A DNA stretch of 63,445 bases, filler included, from Chiloscyllium plagiosum (Eukaryota): NCBI RefSeq assembly GCF_004010195.1. It is 3 parts of one record of this genome, joined end to end, with 100 filler letters (N's around TTAATTAATTAA, not from the genome) between each part and the next. Parts side by side here need not be neighbours in the genome. Positions count along the whole stretch, not along the records: positions 1 to 23,759 come from NC_057712.1; 2 more parts are not named here. One strand, 5' to 3'. Shown here in pieces: positions 1 to 13,262 of this stretch. Positions within the stretch are counted from its first letter, which is position 1; every line of letters begins with the position of its first letter. The position numbers were made by a program, and so were the translations under genes. Below the pieces are notes generated by a model that worked only from the letters and a program-made list of their open reading frames with translations, ran no database searches and was not told where the DNA came from.

Positions 1-858
1 TCCAATTTAGGTGCAATCCGTTCTTCTTGTACAGGTCACTTTTACCCAAACAGAGCTTCCAATTATCCAAAAATGTGAATCCTTCTCCCATACACCAGCT
101 CCTCAGCCATGCATTCATCTGCTCTATCCTCCTATTCCTGCCCTCACTAGCTCGTAGCACTGGGAGTAATCCAGATACTACTACTCTTGAGGACATCCTT
201 TTTAAATTTCTGCCTAACTCTCTGTAATCTCCCTTCAGAATCTCAAATTTTTCCCTTCCTATGTCGTTGGTTCCAATGTGGACAATGACCTCTTGCCAAC
301 CCCTCTCCCCCGTGAGAACATTCTGCACCCTCTCTGAGACATCCTTGATCCTGGCACCAGGGAAACAACACACCATTCTGCTTTTTCTCTGTTGGCCACA
401 GAAACGTCTGTCTGTACCTTGGACTAGAGAATTCCCTAACACAATTGATCTCTTGGAACCGGACGTACCCCTTATTGCATTAGAGTCAGTCTCAATACCA
501 GAAACATGGCTGTTCGTGCTATGTTCCCCCTGATAATCCATCACCCCCTACATTTTCCAGAACAGCATACCTGTATGAAATGGGTATATCCACAAAAAGA
601 CTCCTGCACTAGCTGTCTACCTCTCTTCCCTTTCCTGGAGTTAACCCATCTATGTGACTGTATCTGAGACTTTCCCCATTTCCTATAACTGCCATCCATC
701 ATATACTGTTGCTGTTGCAAATTCGTCATCGCTTCTAACTGTCCCTCCAACCGATTCATTCGATCTGATAAGATTCGCAGCTGACAGCATTTATGGCAAA
801 AATAATCTGCAGTAACCCTTAAACTCTCTTTAAATCCCACATCTGACAAGAAGTACAT
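1..858 (-). pseudogene. Degenerate CR1 ORF1 with SGNH/GDSL esterase-like domain
   Basis: GNS (GDS-like), GTND and NGLHL blocks occur in the expected order; frameshifts present. Confidence 0.85.
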
Positions 859-1460
859 ATCACTCTATTAAAGGCCATTTTTGCTCCTTCACAATCTGCA
901 GACCCAGAAAATAACACCGTTTTATTCCTCTACAAAGACTGTCCCAGGTTAAATTATTAGTTATGGCTTTTATTTTAAGTTTAATCAAGAGACATATCTC
1001 CGAAAACATATAATCAAGAAAGAACCCACTCTACTTACTACTGAAGATTCTCTGTTGGCCATACTTAAAACAACAATTAATTTATCTGATCTGTGCTGTG
1101 AACTTCACCCAACAGTTCCTCCAAGATCAGTTGTGAATTTCACTGTTTGTTAATTTTCCCAGATGCACTCCGATGTCCAGCGATACATGAATTCAAACAG
1201 CAAAGGCAGTAACTGTGCAGGTTCTCTCTCTCTTCTGCAATGACCACACCATGTGCTTCCTTTGTCTGTTATTCTCCCTGTTAAAACTGCTGTTATTTTG
1301 ACCTTTTTTTCCCAAAGTTCCAAAACAATGCAACAGCATATGAAACAGGAATTGCTGCTCCTGGAATTTGAGGGAATCACCTCCAGCACCTAAAATACCT
1401 CAAAAAAGGAGCAGCTGTTACAGCCAGAAATTTTTCCTGTCCTGCATCTTGGATTACCCA
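1..1460 (-). mobile_element. CR1-clade LINE, 5' end (putative 5' UTR plus ORF1), continues beyond the left edge
   Basis: Minus-strand translation gives CR1 ORF1 motifs: CHKCCQLRILSDRMNRLEGQLEAM (Cys motif/coiled coil), then IVLGNSLV...CFPGARIKDV...VIVHIGTNDIG...DLYKKNGLHLNW. The boundary near 1460 is approximate. Confidence 0.8.
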
Positions 1461-1597
1461 GAATTCTGATAGGGTTGTTGTGCTGCGGCATGACTCTCAC
1501 CTCCAGAAGCCAAGTGGCTAGAGAAAAGTGTACACTTGCTGCATCATGTTTCAGTCTGGCCCAGAAACACTATTACTGCAGTGCAAAGTAAGGTTTG

Positions 1598-1930
1598 TAG
1601 AATCGTAGAACCAGGCCATGTGGCCCATCTAGTCTACACTGAACCTCCGAAGATTATCCCATCCACCCACCCACCCCTGTAACCCTGCATTTCCCATGGC
1701 TAACCCACCCAGCCTGTACATCCCTGAACACGATGGGGCAATTTAGCATGGCCCATCCATGTAACCTGCACAACTTTGGACTGTGGGAGGAAACGGAGCA
1801 CCTGAAGGAAACGCACACAGGCACAGGAAGATTGTGCAAACTCCACACAGACAGTGGCCCAAAGCTGGAATCAAACACGGGCCCCTGCACTATCAGCAGC
1901 AGTGCTAACCATTGAGCCACTGTGCCACTT
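1598..1930 (-). mobile_element. HE1-type V-SINE (tRNA-derived)
   Basis: Reverse complement shows GTGGCTCAATGGTTAGCAC A-box head, V-domain TGTGTGGAGTTTGCAC and a CR1-like tail. Confidence 0.85.
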
Positions 1931-2169
1931 TGTGCAGGACAAAGAAAAATGATCGGGAATGCTGCCATGCTCCACAACCAATATCTGATCAATGCAAGTT
2001 GACCAGGGTCACAAAAAACAAATTACAGCCACAGAAGTGATTTCCTGTGCCTTCCCACTTGAAAGCAACAGCAGTATTCTGGCTGTGACAGAGGAGTAGG
2101 TCCAGAGGCCAACCTGCAGTGTGACCAGCAGCAGAATTACATCATGGTCTACAAGCTGAAGCAAGAGTG

Positions 2170-2610
2170 ATGAGTGATGAGCATGGACCATCAAAACCAA
2201 AGCAACAATATACACTTTCCACGTGAAAGAGGAATTTCTATTCACAATTATAAGAGCCTTTCATGTCACCAAAGTAGATCGATAAGTAAATAGGGGAATT
2301 TGGAACAACTTGACCGTAAACTCAACGGTAGGTTTTCCCTGAACATTGCGCTTTGGACAAAAATAGTTGATGAGCTGAAGGCTGCTTTGAAAACTTAAAA
2401 GCCAAGGTCTGGGCTGAAACTTCAACTCAATTTGTATTCTTCTGACTCAACATAACAAATCATTCACAGAGAGTGACTTAATCAACAAAGAAATGACTGG
2501 TGACAAACTATTTGAAGACTTTAAGAACAAAGAAGAAATAATAGCAACAATCCAAAGCATCTGACTTCGTACTTCCACAGTAGCAGGAGGAGTGAGATCT
2601 TTGTCTGATT
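2170..2610 (+). pseudogene. hAT (Charlie/SPIN, GTF2IRD2/ZBED5-like) transposase N-terminal fossil
   Basis: Ordered, frameshifted peptides MSDEHGPSKPKQQY / YTFHVKEEFLFTIIR / IVDELKAALKT / LTQHNKSFTESDLINKEMTGDKLFEDFKNKEEIIATIQSI*LRTSTVAGGVRSLSD resemble this family's N-terminus (recognised from memory, not aligned). Confidence 0.65.
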
Positions 2611-3174
2611 TCTCTCTTGTTGCTTGCTCACCGATCTGCACACTGACAGCATCTGAGTTTTGCTGTGCCCTGCCATACCTTTCCTGTTGATGTGTTGGTG
2701 AATCACTCAATTCTGAAGGTTATCAGTGTTGTTGTATTGAGGATTGATATGTTGTCTTATGTGGAGACACAGACAGGCTGCTAGTCAGTAGGGATCAGAT
2801 GCGGGTTATGTTGCTGAATGGTGCACTGAGATGTACCAATTTCTACGTGACAAATTCACCATGCATTTATTCAACCCAATGTCCATGTTGGAAAGTTGCT
2901 GGTGTCAAGTTCTCAAGGTGTCAAAGGAATGCTGCTTTTAGTCAGGGGATCCCAGTACCCTCAGTCACCCCCAGCACCACGGTCCAGGTGCTTGGTTCCA
3001 GTCAGTTGTCCACTTGGCCTGGTCATGGTGAAGGGATCTATTTGATCACAGCATGTGGAATGGGCAAGGGTAAGTCCTACATGGCCATCACCAGCAATGA
3101 GGGGAATTCAGTCCAAGTCGATAACGATGACCTGATATTCTAAATTAATCTAGTCCTATTTGACAGTAGAGTTA

Positions 3175-3300
3175 GTGTATGTGTGTATATGTGTGCATAT
3201 GTGTAAGTGTGAGTATGTGTGTGAATGAGTGTGTATGTGTGCGTGTGTGAGTGTGAGTGAATGACTGTGTGTGTTTGTGCCTGTATGAGTGTATAGGCGT
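3175..3300. repeat. Imperfect (TG)n microsatellite
   Basis: Visible TG/TA dinucleotide run. Confidence 0.9.
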
Positions 3301-3964
3301 AGGTTACAATACTTAAGAGCTGAGAGCTGCACCAAAGCCGATTTGGAATTGTCTTGTCTCTTCCTCTTGGCATAAAAAAAAATCTGACTTTACCGAGTGG
3401 GGATCAGTAATTCCCCACATGAGGAATCATGGATTTCTTACAAACTCATGCTGTGCCGTCATGTTGACCCCCTCTTTGCTCCTATACTTGGAATGGCATT
3501 CTGTCTGTCTACCTACATCACTTATTAATTTTACCAAAAGTCTAAGATTGTTGCTGCATTTAATTAGTTATGAAATTTTACTGCAGGAATATTTGCAACG
3601 AATCCTGGTCCACAGGTTAGATTTGCAGCTCTCTGCTGTCCTTATTTCAGATAGAATGCAGCAATCAGACCCAAAGTAGATCTGGAAGTACTCATCACAA
3701 CAAAATTGGAGGAACATTTTAAGTTAATACTTTAGGCTGACTGAATAAAATCAACTTGTCAATGTCAGCCAGTTTATTTCTCCATCTGTTGTACACAACA
3801 AGAGGAAGAAACCCTGTTCACTTTGATATGAATCCAATAGCAAAGTAAGAGGGTAATTACATGAGTAACTATGTCCTGGCATTATAGCTGGACTATCATT
3901 GAGTCTCTAAATAGAAAGGGTTGACAAAATGAAAGCAGTTTTTAAATTAACTGTGACGCAGTCT

Positions 3965-4135
3965 GCAATAGAAGGAGAGTTTGCACCTGTGATGCTGAGC
4001 ATGTTGTGGATAGTATGTTCAGAGAAGTAATCACACTGCAGGAGAAGACTGAACAGGCAGAAAGAGCAAGGGTGATCAGCAGGCAGAGTACAGGAACACA
4101 GACTGTACTGAAGTCCCCTGTGGCTCAAACTCAAT
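3965..4135 (+). mobile_element. Old CR1 ORF1 fragment
   Basis: DAEHVVDSMFREVITLQ...RVISRQS...VLKSPVA parallels the ORF1 linker seen at 541-858 (MMDGSYRK...RWVNSRKG...VQES). Confidence 0.5.
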
Positions 4136-5291
4136 GGGCTGAAGGGTCTTCTTCTGTACTGCAGACCTCTATCATTCAAAACTCTACATTTCAAAATTGT
4201 GGCTTATTTTCAGTGTATATGGTCCACTAGTTTTACAAAAACTCTTGTGTGTGCTCCTTTTCCATTTCCAAGGATATTTTTCTTATTTCCACCATGTTGT
4301 TGAATAATCCCATTCCATTTCTCAGGCCTACTTCTCCTCCTTGTATTACTGTATATGCCTGTGACCTGTGTCCTCGCCTGTGACCTGTGTCCTCGTGGTC
4401 TCAAGTTCATGATCCCTTATTTCTTATTTATGTTCCCAATAATTCAATTTCGCTTCCTATTTATCTGACTGCTCATCATTATATTCACTGCCTTTATATT
4501 TTTACCCTGTTTGTGCCTAGGGTCACTTCCTGTACACATTTGTACTCTCTGTAGCACCATGTAAGTTCCTGCTAATCACTTTTATTTATAGTGCAGACTT
4601 CTCTTTCTCTGGTGCAAACTTTACTCCCCACGCTATAGTTTCAGTTTTTCTATTCACAAGTGTTCTCTGAATTCTATCTGTCCAATGTTAGTACCTTAAA
4701 GTGAGGATCTAATAACTTCAGAAAAGATAAGAAAACTAAAGAACAACAAAACTAAAGTCAACAACAAAACAGGAATTGTTTACATAAAGGCAGGCATTCT
4801 AGAGATAGGTAAAGACATTAGGGTCAACTAACTGATCAGGCTAACTGTTCATGTAAAACTGCATATCATTTCAGAATTAGCGCTGAACAGTTAGAATCAA
4901 CACCTTTCCTCCTAGTTTTGGCTTTAAACCGAATCTGAATTGTATTGACTGATCAAGTGAATGTTTCCTCTTCACCAGTTGTAAGGGTCCTAGCAAAAAT
5001 AGATTTGTAACTTATTTCTTGACAGTTTGTGCCCATGAAACAAAAAAAGCCCTGTCATGTGATACTTATTTGAAATCTATGAATAATGAAAACCAACATC
5101 TGTATGAGAATTATTAATGTCACACCATTTCATTGAGTGTTCCTCTTCTAAAATGAAGGTGGATTGTTAAAGGACATTGTAAATTTTACTCTTCTCTTAT
5201 GGAATTGAGATTGAGACAAGGAAACAAATTCATTTGTTTCTGCGTGAGCACTGAAATTGCTTGACCACTGTCCTGAATTGGTCTTCATTAC

Positions 5292-5390
5292 CTTCAGACT
5301 GGTGAAGGTATGGATACCAAAGGAATTCCTGATACAGCTCTCCATATGGGATCTGACAAATTTTATTGGGCCTATGTAGGTAACTAAATC
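5292..5390 (-). CDS. Candidate 99-nt internal exon of an unidentified gene
   Basis: Acceptor cacattttctttctatcccag| and donor AAG|gtaatg; length divisible by 3; open in phase 0 (DLVTYIGPIKFVRSHMESCIRNSFGIHTFTSLK) and phase 1 (FSYLHRPNKICQIPYGELYQEFLWYPYLHQSE). No homolog recognised. Confidence 0.4.
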
Positions 5391-5496
5391 CTGGGATAGA
5401 AAGAAAATGTGATCAGGAAGTTTAAACCGCAACTTACCATGTATTCTATTAAATATGCAAAGAACATTCAATCCAGAGGGTAAAACTCTATGTTAC

Positions 5497-5845
5497 AGTC
5501 ATAGAATCATACAACACAGAAACAGGCCCTTCAGTCCAACTCATCCATGCTGACCATGTTTCCCAAACTAAACCAATCCCACTTCCCTGCATTTGGCCCA
5601 TAGCCCTTTCCTATTCATGTACGTGTCTAAATGACTGTTAAATATTGTAACTGTACCTGCATCCACCACTTCATCTGGCAGTTTATTCCAGAAGCAAGCC
5701 AGCCTTCAAGTGAAAAAGTTGTCTCTCAGGTACCTTTTAAATATTATTCCTCTGATCTTAAAATTATGCCGGCTAGTTTTGAATGCCCCACCCTAGGGAA
5801 AAGCCTTGGCTATTCATCTTATCTATGATTTTATAAACCTCAAAA
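5497..5845 (-). mobile_element. CR1 LINE 3' fragment
   Basis: catagaatcata tail and gaaacaggcccttcagtccaac terminal motif, followed by degenerate RT C-terminal sequence. Confidence 0.75.
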
Positions 5846-6699
5846 AGATCTCTAAATGACTCTTTGTACAGTGATGGTCTGAGAAAATTTGATAGATCTC
5901 AGATTAATGTTAACCAATTTTTGGAAAATAGGTCCTGAAATCGACACAAAACCCTGATTTTAATGTTGCAATAAGAACTGCACTTGCCTTAAAGAATACC
6001 CTCATAAGTTCAGAAATGCTCTGAATGTATTTATATATTATACAGGGTCACATTGCTAAATTTATTATAAATACTCAAAGAATGGATGTTAGCAGATTTG
6101 AATTTTGCTCCAATTGCATAAGGTGAATGACTGAGCTTGAGACAGAAAGTCTGTAAAAATTCATATATTTAAAATAAAAGAATCTCCAGTTAAATTCTGA
6201 TCAGTGAACTGTAGGAGTTCAAGAAGGCAGCTCACCACCACCTTCTCAAGAGCAGCTCGGGATGGGTATATATGCTGGTTCAGCCAGGGATGCCCATGTC
6301 CCATGAGTGAAAAAAAAAGCACATTTGCAGACAATGCTAGTGCATTCTGTCATGTCACAGATGTCTTTGGGATTTCATATCAAGTTGAAACAGGAGGAGA
6401 AAGTGGAATAACGAGGTCACATTTGGCTTAGGGAACATGGGCTGAATTTGATGCTCCCCATCAATGGGAAGCTCTATTTAAATCCATCGTATGATTTTCC
6501 CACCATTGACCTATCCTCCTGTACCTCCACTGAAACTATGCCAATATTGGGATTGGCAACAGCCTGCCAGACTTTCAGTGTGGTCAAGTCAAGCATGGCA
6601 CCATGGGTCTGTTGATAGCATATTGAATGTAATGATTCAAGAAGAAAGGTCATCACCAGCTTTTCAAGAGGATCTAGGGATGAGAATAAATGCTGGCTG

Positions 6700-6920
6700 T
6701 GATTTGATTTGATTTATTATTTCCACATGTACATAGATAAAGTGAAAATTACTGTTTTGCGTGCAGTACACACAGATCATACCATACAAAGTGCATTAAG
6801 ATAATATAACTAAGCGAAGAATGTTAAGACTTCAGAGAAGGTGCACAGAGAGCAAAATCAACATTAAATTTAAAATTTGAAAGGTCAATTCTGAAGTCTA
6901 ATAACAGCGGGCAAGAAACT
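6700..6920 (-). mobile_element. Rex1/L2-like LINE 3' end
   Basis: (GATTT)n tail and sequence complementary to the Rex1-like copy at 37690-38156. Confidence 0.6.
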
Positions 6921-6921
6921 C

Positions 6922-7258
6922 TGTTTATTCATTCATGGGATGAGGGCATTGCTGGCTAGGTCAATGGCCCAACCCTAAGTGACCCAAAGAGCAGTTCAGA
7001 GTCAATCACATTGTTGTGGGCCTGGGGTCACATACAGGCCAGACCAGGTAAGGATGGCAGATTTCCTTTCCTAAAGGACATCAGTCACCCAGATGGGCTA
7101 TTCCTGACAATCGTCAATGGATTGATAGTTATCATTAGACTCTCAATTCCATACTTTTAAAAATTGAATTTAATTTCCACCATTTGCTAAGTGGGATTTG
7201 AACCTGGATCCTCAGAACATTACATAGAGTAACAGTCTTGTGATAATACGCCACCTCC
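6922..7258 (-). mobile_element. tRNA-headed SINE (second family)
   Basis: Reverse complement of the SINE at 44350-44682. Confidence 0.75.
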
Positions 7259-8689
7259 TCTAAACTGGTTGCAAATCTATTTGTACAAGTATACAAGCTT
7301 CTTCACCAGGGAGGACCGCCCAATTGTTACATGGCTTGAAATTCACCAAAGTTCTGATCCAACCCTGGAAACTCCTTCCCTAAAGTGCAGAGGTAGAAAT
7401 TTCTGGTCTAAAAGGGTGGAGACACTACATCAAGTCTATTCATAGCCTTTGGCCTTACCTTTGCATCACCAATCGCAACCCTCCAGAATTTTAGTTGGGT
7501 GGGGATATCAGTTGCTATTCTGGAAGCTCATATAATTCAGCCCTCCCCCCATTTCAGTAACAGCCCGCAGCAATCCTATTTCATGTTTCCCTGACTAATA
7601 CAAAGATTACGCGAGTCCAAGTTCATGGAGAGAGAAGGAAACATATTTCTGTGGATAATGTGATTAATTAGTCTGGGAAAAAGTTGCAATCGCAGCCAAA
7701 AAATTGACAGGATTATTCTGGAAATAAGATTCAGCAAAAACTTGCAAAAGCCCAGGTCTCCTCCCTCTTTTTTTCACTGAACACATCAATAACAAGCTTC
7801 AACTGGACAAGCAACAAAGCTTCAGATTTATTTATTTACTCCTGACTCTTACAGTTGGAATAGAAATTATATACAGCCTGTTCCAGTCACAAAGTCCAGA
7901 CTGTGTCCGATCTGCCCGTATCACAGCCTGTTTTGTATCTGCCTTTATTTAAAATCATAATACTACATATGACACCATGGGAAGAAATTTTTAATAACTT
8001 ACAGAAGATATAATTCAAAGTTTTACCTTCTCCCTCGAACTGCTCCCACTCACAATAGATTTTAAGTGAATAAAATCAAATGAACAGAATCTCGAGAAGC
8101 AAAGGTTAAACATTGCTTTTATCAATGACAGAAATGACACTTGACCCGGTATCAGTTAGACTAAACAACCCTTGTTGCATGAGGTTCAGTGAACCAATGT
8201 CTCTTTAAAATAACATTTTTTTTTTGGTGCTCTTAGGCTAAGGGTTGCTCTTAATGGAAAATGAGAGCTAATTCACTTTGCATCTGTTGACAACATTAAA
8301 CACTTCCATGTCAGGTACTGTGTCGGCTAATGGTACGTACTCTGACATTGTTACTATGCAGTCAATCTCCCATCAAACCCCAGAATCACTTGCCTGCTGG
8401 AGCAGAGGATATGTCAAAAATGTGTTTATGCTGGTGAGTTAGTAGCTCTCCACTTGACTCTACTCCAATTGTATTCTCTATGAGCCCGTAGCATTGTTGC
8501 AGTTTTTGGGAAGACCAGACTTTAGATGAATGTTAGATAGATGTGGCTGTTGCAGACAATAGTAAATTATTTTACTCAACCTGTTTGAGCATGTTATGAA
8601 ACGAGGTCAGGGCAGGTGGGACTCAAACCCAGATCAACTGGTCCAGAGGTAGTGACACAACCATTAGGAAAAACACAGGTACCGCCTGA

Positions 8690-9383
8690 TGTAATGAATG
8701 TACAGTATTATATTTCCCATTGCCAGGAAATGTCTGTTCCCCTCAAAAATACAACTTATTGTTTTGGACTATATGGGACCCCCTAAAATATTTTAAGAAT
8801 GTAGCATAGACCATAAATTTTCCTTATTTTAAAAGTAGATGCGAAGTGTGTGTTCCAAATGTGATGCAACTGGTCAAACAATTCCACATTAAGCAAAACA
8901 CAGTTTATTAACACTTTAATTATGATACAAACAAAAGAGAGAGGAATTTAGAATAACTTAACTATTGGAAAGCTTAACTGAATAATAGACACAGTACCTG
9001 TTGCTAATTAACTGTTCCAATATAATAACATCCCATAAACGCATCACTTGGCAAAAAGATAAATTCAGACAGTTACATGCAGTTCTCCAATCCAGGAGGA
9101 AATAACATCAAAAGACATTTCAGAGAAAGTTGTAGCACGGAATGATTCACTAAATCTTCCAACTCTTCTGAGACCCCGAATAGTTTCTGCCTGTTACAGG
9201 GAAATAAAACGAGAAAGTCTGGTGTGTGAGAGCTGGCCACACCTGTTCAGCTGTAACAAAACCCAAGGTCTCCCAAGCTGTTTACGTAAGCCATCTTCAG
9301 TAGGCAGTTTTGTGCCTCTGCTCTACAACCTTCTTCTAAAAAAACAGGACAAAATAATTTATTAAAGTGACAGCATCGTTACA
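8690..9383. mobile_element. Possible solo LTR
   Basis: Termini TGTAATGAATG...CATCGTTACA (TG..CA, imperfect inverted ends) and a minus-strand AATAAA; no TSD found. Confidence 0.3.
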
Positions 9384-10026
9384 AGGCTTATTTGTGAGAG
9401 TAAAATTAGTAGCTTTACAATTGAATTGATGAAGGATAATTTTGAAATTGATATCAGGAATTCCTCATTCACCTAGAGGATGAATAACACTGTACTTAGA
9501 TTCCCAGCAGGTATTTGATAAGGTGTCACATCAAATGGTTTTGCAGAAAATGAGAGCTCATGGTCTCTTATTGACATCGATAGATTGTCTTGCTAATGGG
9601 TGTAGATGGGCTTTTCTTAGGTTAGGTGGTGTGCCACAAAGGTCAGTGCTCAGACCTCATGACTTTGATGAAAGGATCGAAGGTACTGTTGTCAAATTTG
9701 CTGATTCTACAAAGATGGGTCAGAGAGTAACTTGTGAAAAGGACGCAATGAGGGGTTAAAAAAGGATTTGGATAAGTTAAGTGTGTGAGAAAAGATGTGC
9801 AAAATGGAATATAATCTGTGAAAATATGCAATCGTCCATTATGGCAAGATGAATAAAAAACACATTCACTGAGTTGTGAGAGATTGCAGACCTCTGAGAT
9901 GCAGAGGGATCTGGGTGTGTTTGTTCATGATGGTTAGTATGAAGTACAGCAAGTAATTAGGAATTTTATCATTTATCTTGAGAGGAACTAATTACAAATG
10001 TAGGGAAGATATGCTTCAGTTATACA

Positions 10027-10510
10027 GGATTGAATACAGGAGTTAGGATGTCATGTTGCAACTATACAGGGCATTGGTTAGGCCTCTTTTGGAATATTGT
10101 GTGCAATTATGGTCTCCCTCCTATGAACCTTGAAAGGGTTCAGAAAGGATTCACAAGGATGTTACCAGGATTGGAGGGTTTGAGCTAGAGGAGGAGGCTG
10201 AATAGGCCAGCGCTGTTTTCCCTGGAGAGTTAGAGGATAAGGGGTGACCTTGTAGAGGTATATAAAATCATGAGGGGCTTGGATAGGATACAGAGACAAG
10301 ATCTTTTCCCAGGGTGCATGCATGGAATGAGCTGCGAAGGAAGTGGTGGAGGCTAGTACAATTACAACATTTGAAAAGCATCTGGATGGGTATATGAATA
10401 TGAGGGTTTAGAGGATATGGGCCAAGTGTTAGCCAATGGGACTAGATTAATTTAGGATATCTGGTTGGACCAAAGTTGCTGTACAGCTCCATTACTCTAT
10501 GACTCTATGA
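10027..10510 (+). mobile_element. Nested CR1 LINE 3' end
   Basis: RPLLEYCVQLWSP and LERVQKGFTRMLPGL peptides; (CTATGACT) tail. Confidence 0.8.
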
Positions 10511-10620
10511 CATAAGACTGCATCTGAATTCAGTGTAGAGTATTGGTCACCTTATTTCAGAAGGACTTAGGTGCTTTGATGACAGTTCAGAGAAGGCTTA
10601 TGAGATTAACACCTGGTAAA

Positions 10621-11904
10621 GGAGAAAGTGAAGACTGCAGATGCTGGAGACTTGTAGAGGGAGAAGCAGAACTCCTTCAAGGTGGGCAACCTTGGAAGAT
10701 TCTTCGTTGTAAGGTTATAACCAATTACTTGTAGAGGGACATTTCTGGTGACTCAACATGGACATTTACTTCAAACCCACTGAATCCTACAGCCACCTGG
10801 ACTACAACTCCTCCCACCCACGTTCCTGTAAAAATGCTAACCATTACTCCCAATTCCTCTGCCTCCGCTGCACCTGTTCCCAGAAGGATCAATTCCACTC
10901 CAGAACATACCAGATGGCCTCCAACTCCAAGGACCTCAATTTCCCCTCCCATGTGGTCACCAATGCCCACCACTGCATCGCCTCTGCTTCCTACAACTCC
11001 GTCCTTGAACCCCACGCCTCCTACTGCAATAAAGACAGAACCTCCCTGGTCCTCACCGTCCATCCCACCAACCTTCGGATACTTCACCTCATCCTCCGCC
11101 ATTTTCGCCATATTCAGTCATACCCCACCACTAGAGATATATTTCCAACCCCACCTCTATCTGTGTTCTGGAGAGACTATTCCCTCCCTGACTCTTTTTT
11201 TATGTCCACACCCTCGACCAGCACATAAAGCAGAGATTTTCCTGCACCTCCACACACATCATCTACTGTATCCTTTGCTCTCGATATGGCCTCCTCTACA
11301 CCAGAGAGACAGGACACCAACTTGTGGAACGTTTCAGAGAACATCTCTGGGACACACGCACCAAACAACACCACCACCACATGGCTGAACACTTCAATAC
11401 CCCCTCCCATTCCACCAAGCACACGCAAGTCCTGGGCCTCATCCACTGCCAAATCCTAGCCACCTGATACCTGGATGAAGAACACTTCATCTTCTGCCTT
11501 GGGATCTTCCAACCACACAGGACTAATGTCGATTTTACCAGTTTCCTCATCTCCCCTCCCCCCATTTTATTCCGGATCCAACCCTCCTACTCGGCACCAC
11601 CTCCTTGAACTGTCCTACCTGTCCATCTTCCTTCCAAACTCTGTGCTCCGCCCTATCACCATTAACTCCACCTTCAACCGCCTATTGCACTCTCAGCTAC
11701 CTTCCCCCCAGACCCACCCCCTCCCATTTTTCTCTCAGCTCACCCCCCCCACCAACTTGGGCCCCACCCCTCACATTTCTGATGAAGGACTTATACTCGA
11801 AACGTCGACTGTCCTGCTCCTCGGGTGCTGCCTGAGCTGCTGTGTTTATCCAGCACCACACCTTTTGACTCTGATCTCCAGCATCTGCAGTCCTCACTTT
11901 CTCC
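10621..11904 (+). mobile_element. 5'-truncated Penelope-like element (Neptune-like, family A) with inverted terminal segment
   Basis: RT C-terminus DIYFKPTESYSHLDYNSSHPRSCKNANHYSQFLCLRCTCS and GIY-YIG FSCTSTHIIYCILCSRYGLLYTRETGHQLVERFREHL; 10621-10650 is an inverted copy of 11875-11904. Confidence 0.85.
11775..11810 (+). ncRNA. Minimal hammerhead ribozyme motif (family A, stem II degraded)
   Basis: CUGAUGA-A-GGAC-UUAU-ACUC-GAAACGUC downstream of the PLE ORF. Confidence 0.6.
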
Positions 11905-12919
11905 ACTGAAGTTTAGAAGAGTTAGAAGTTATTGGATGAGACATATAAAAACCTACATTGTCTTGAAGGGTACATGTTTCCTCTTGTAGGAGAATCTAGA
12001 GCTAGGGATTACTATTTAAAAATCAGAGGTGCCCAATTTAAAACTAAAATTTGGTGATTGCTTTTCTCAGAGGATTATGACTCTTTAGAACTTTCTTGTT
12101 ATCAAGGTGTTGGCAGCACAGAGTCTCTGAATACAGTATTTTGAGGGCAGGGTAGACAGATTCTACTTAAGCAAATAATTGAAAAGTTATCAAGGGTCGG
12201 TGGGAATATGGATTTGAGGTTCAATCAGATCAACCATGATCCTATTGTACCTCGAACAGGCTCAAGGGGCTGAATAGCCTACTTATGTTAATGATTCATA
12301 CATTAGTATGTTTATAGTAAATGAAATGATGATTGAAACACTGCATGCATTTAAGGAACAATTAGATGCTGCACAGGGGGACTGACAGGGTGTCTGACAG
12401 ATGAAGCAATTTGAACCAAATGGTTGGAGAATGGAACCAAGAATCCTAAACTTCATTTTTTTAAGAAATCTAGTCTTTCACCTTCAGCAACGATCTCAGC
12501 AACAGTACTTGGTATTATCGAAGATAATCAACTTACGTAATGTCAATGTTCATTTTTAAAAACAGTTTTTCATTCACATGTAAGTCAGCCAATCCATAAT
12601 TGTACTGGAGCCAATGCAGTCCTCCTGTTATATGTACACCCTTGGTGCTGTCAGAATGACATTCTAGGATTTTGATCCAGCTACTGTGACGGCGAGGTTA
12701 TATAATTCCCAATTATGATGGTGAATCACTTGAAAGGCCTATAAGTCCTGGTCATATGCATATGAGCCTACTGTCCTCATCCATTCTAAATGGTAGAGAT
12801 CTTAGGTTTTGCTTATGCTCTTGATACATTTCTGCAGTGCATCCTGTAGATGGTACACATTATAGACAAGATGTGCCAATGATGGAAAGAGTTAAATTTT
12901 AGGGTGATGGATGAGATTC

Positions 12920-13262
12920 TTTTATTCACTCGTGGGGTATGATTGCCTCTGACTAGATTAGCACTTATTGCCCATCCCTGATTACCCAGAGGGCATTAAG
13001 AGTCAAAAACATTGCTGTGGGTCTGGAGTCTCATGTCACCAGGTAAAGATGATAGATTTCCTTTCCTGAATGACATTAGAGAAGCAGATGGTTTTTTTTC
13101 TGACAATTGGCAATGGGTTCATGTCACCATTGGACTTAATTCCAGATTCTTATTGAATTCAAATTCATAACCATGGTGGGATTTGAACCCAGCTCCCCAG
13201 AACTTTAATCCAGTTTCTGAATTAATAATCTAGCAATAATATGACTAGACAGTTGTCTCCCT
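12920..13262 (-). mobile_element. tRNA-headed SINE (second family)
   Basis: Reverse complement of the SINE at 44350-44682. Confidence 0.75.

Larger units (their letters stand above)
9490..12300 (+). mobile_element. Old CR1 LINE RT/3' end, interrupted by a younger CR1 and a PLE
   Basis: FDKV, GVPQRSVL and KFADSTK remnants; resumes after 10510 and after 11905, ending in a CR1 3' terminus near 12290. Confidence 0.75.

Noticed and set aside
7453..7545. Strong minus-strand donor AAG|gtaagg
   Set aside because: Lies within a MITE-like remnant ending in aattcagccc, with no convincing acceptor.
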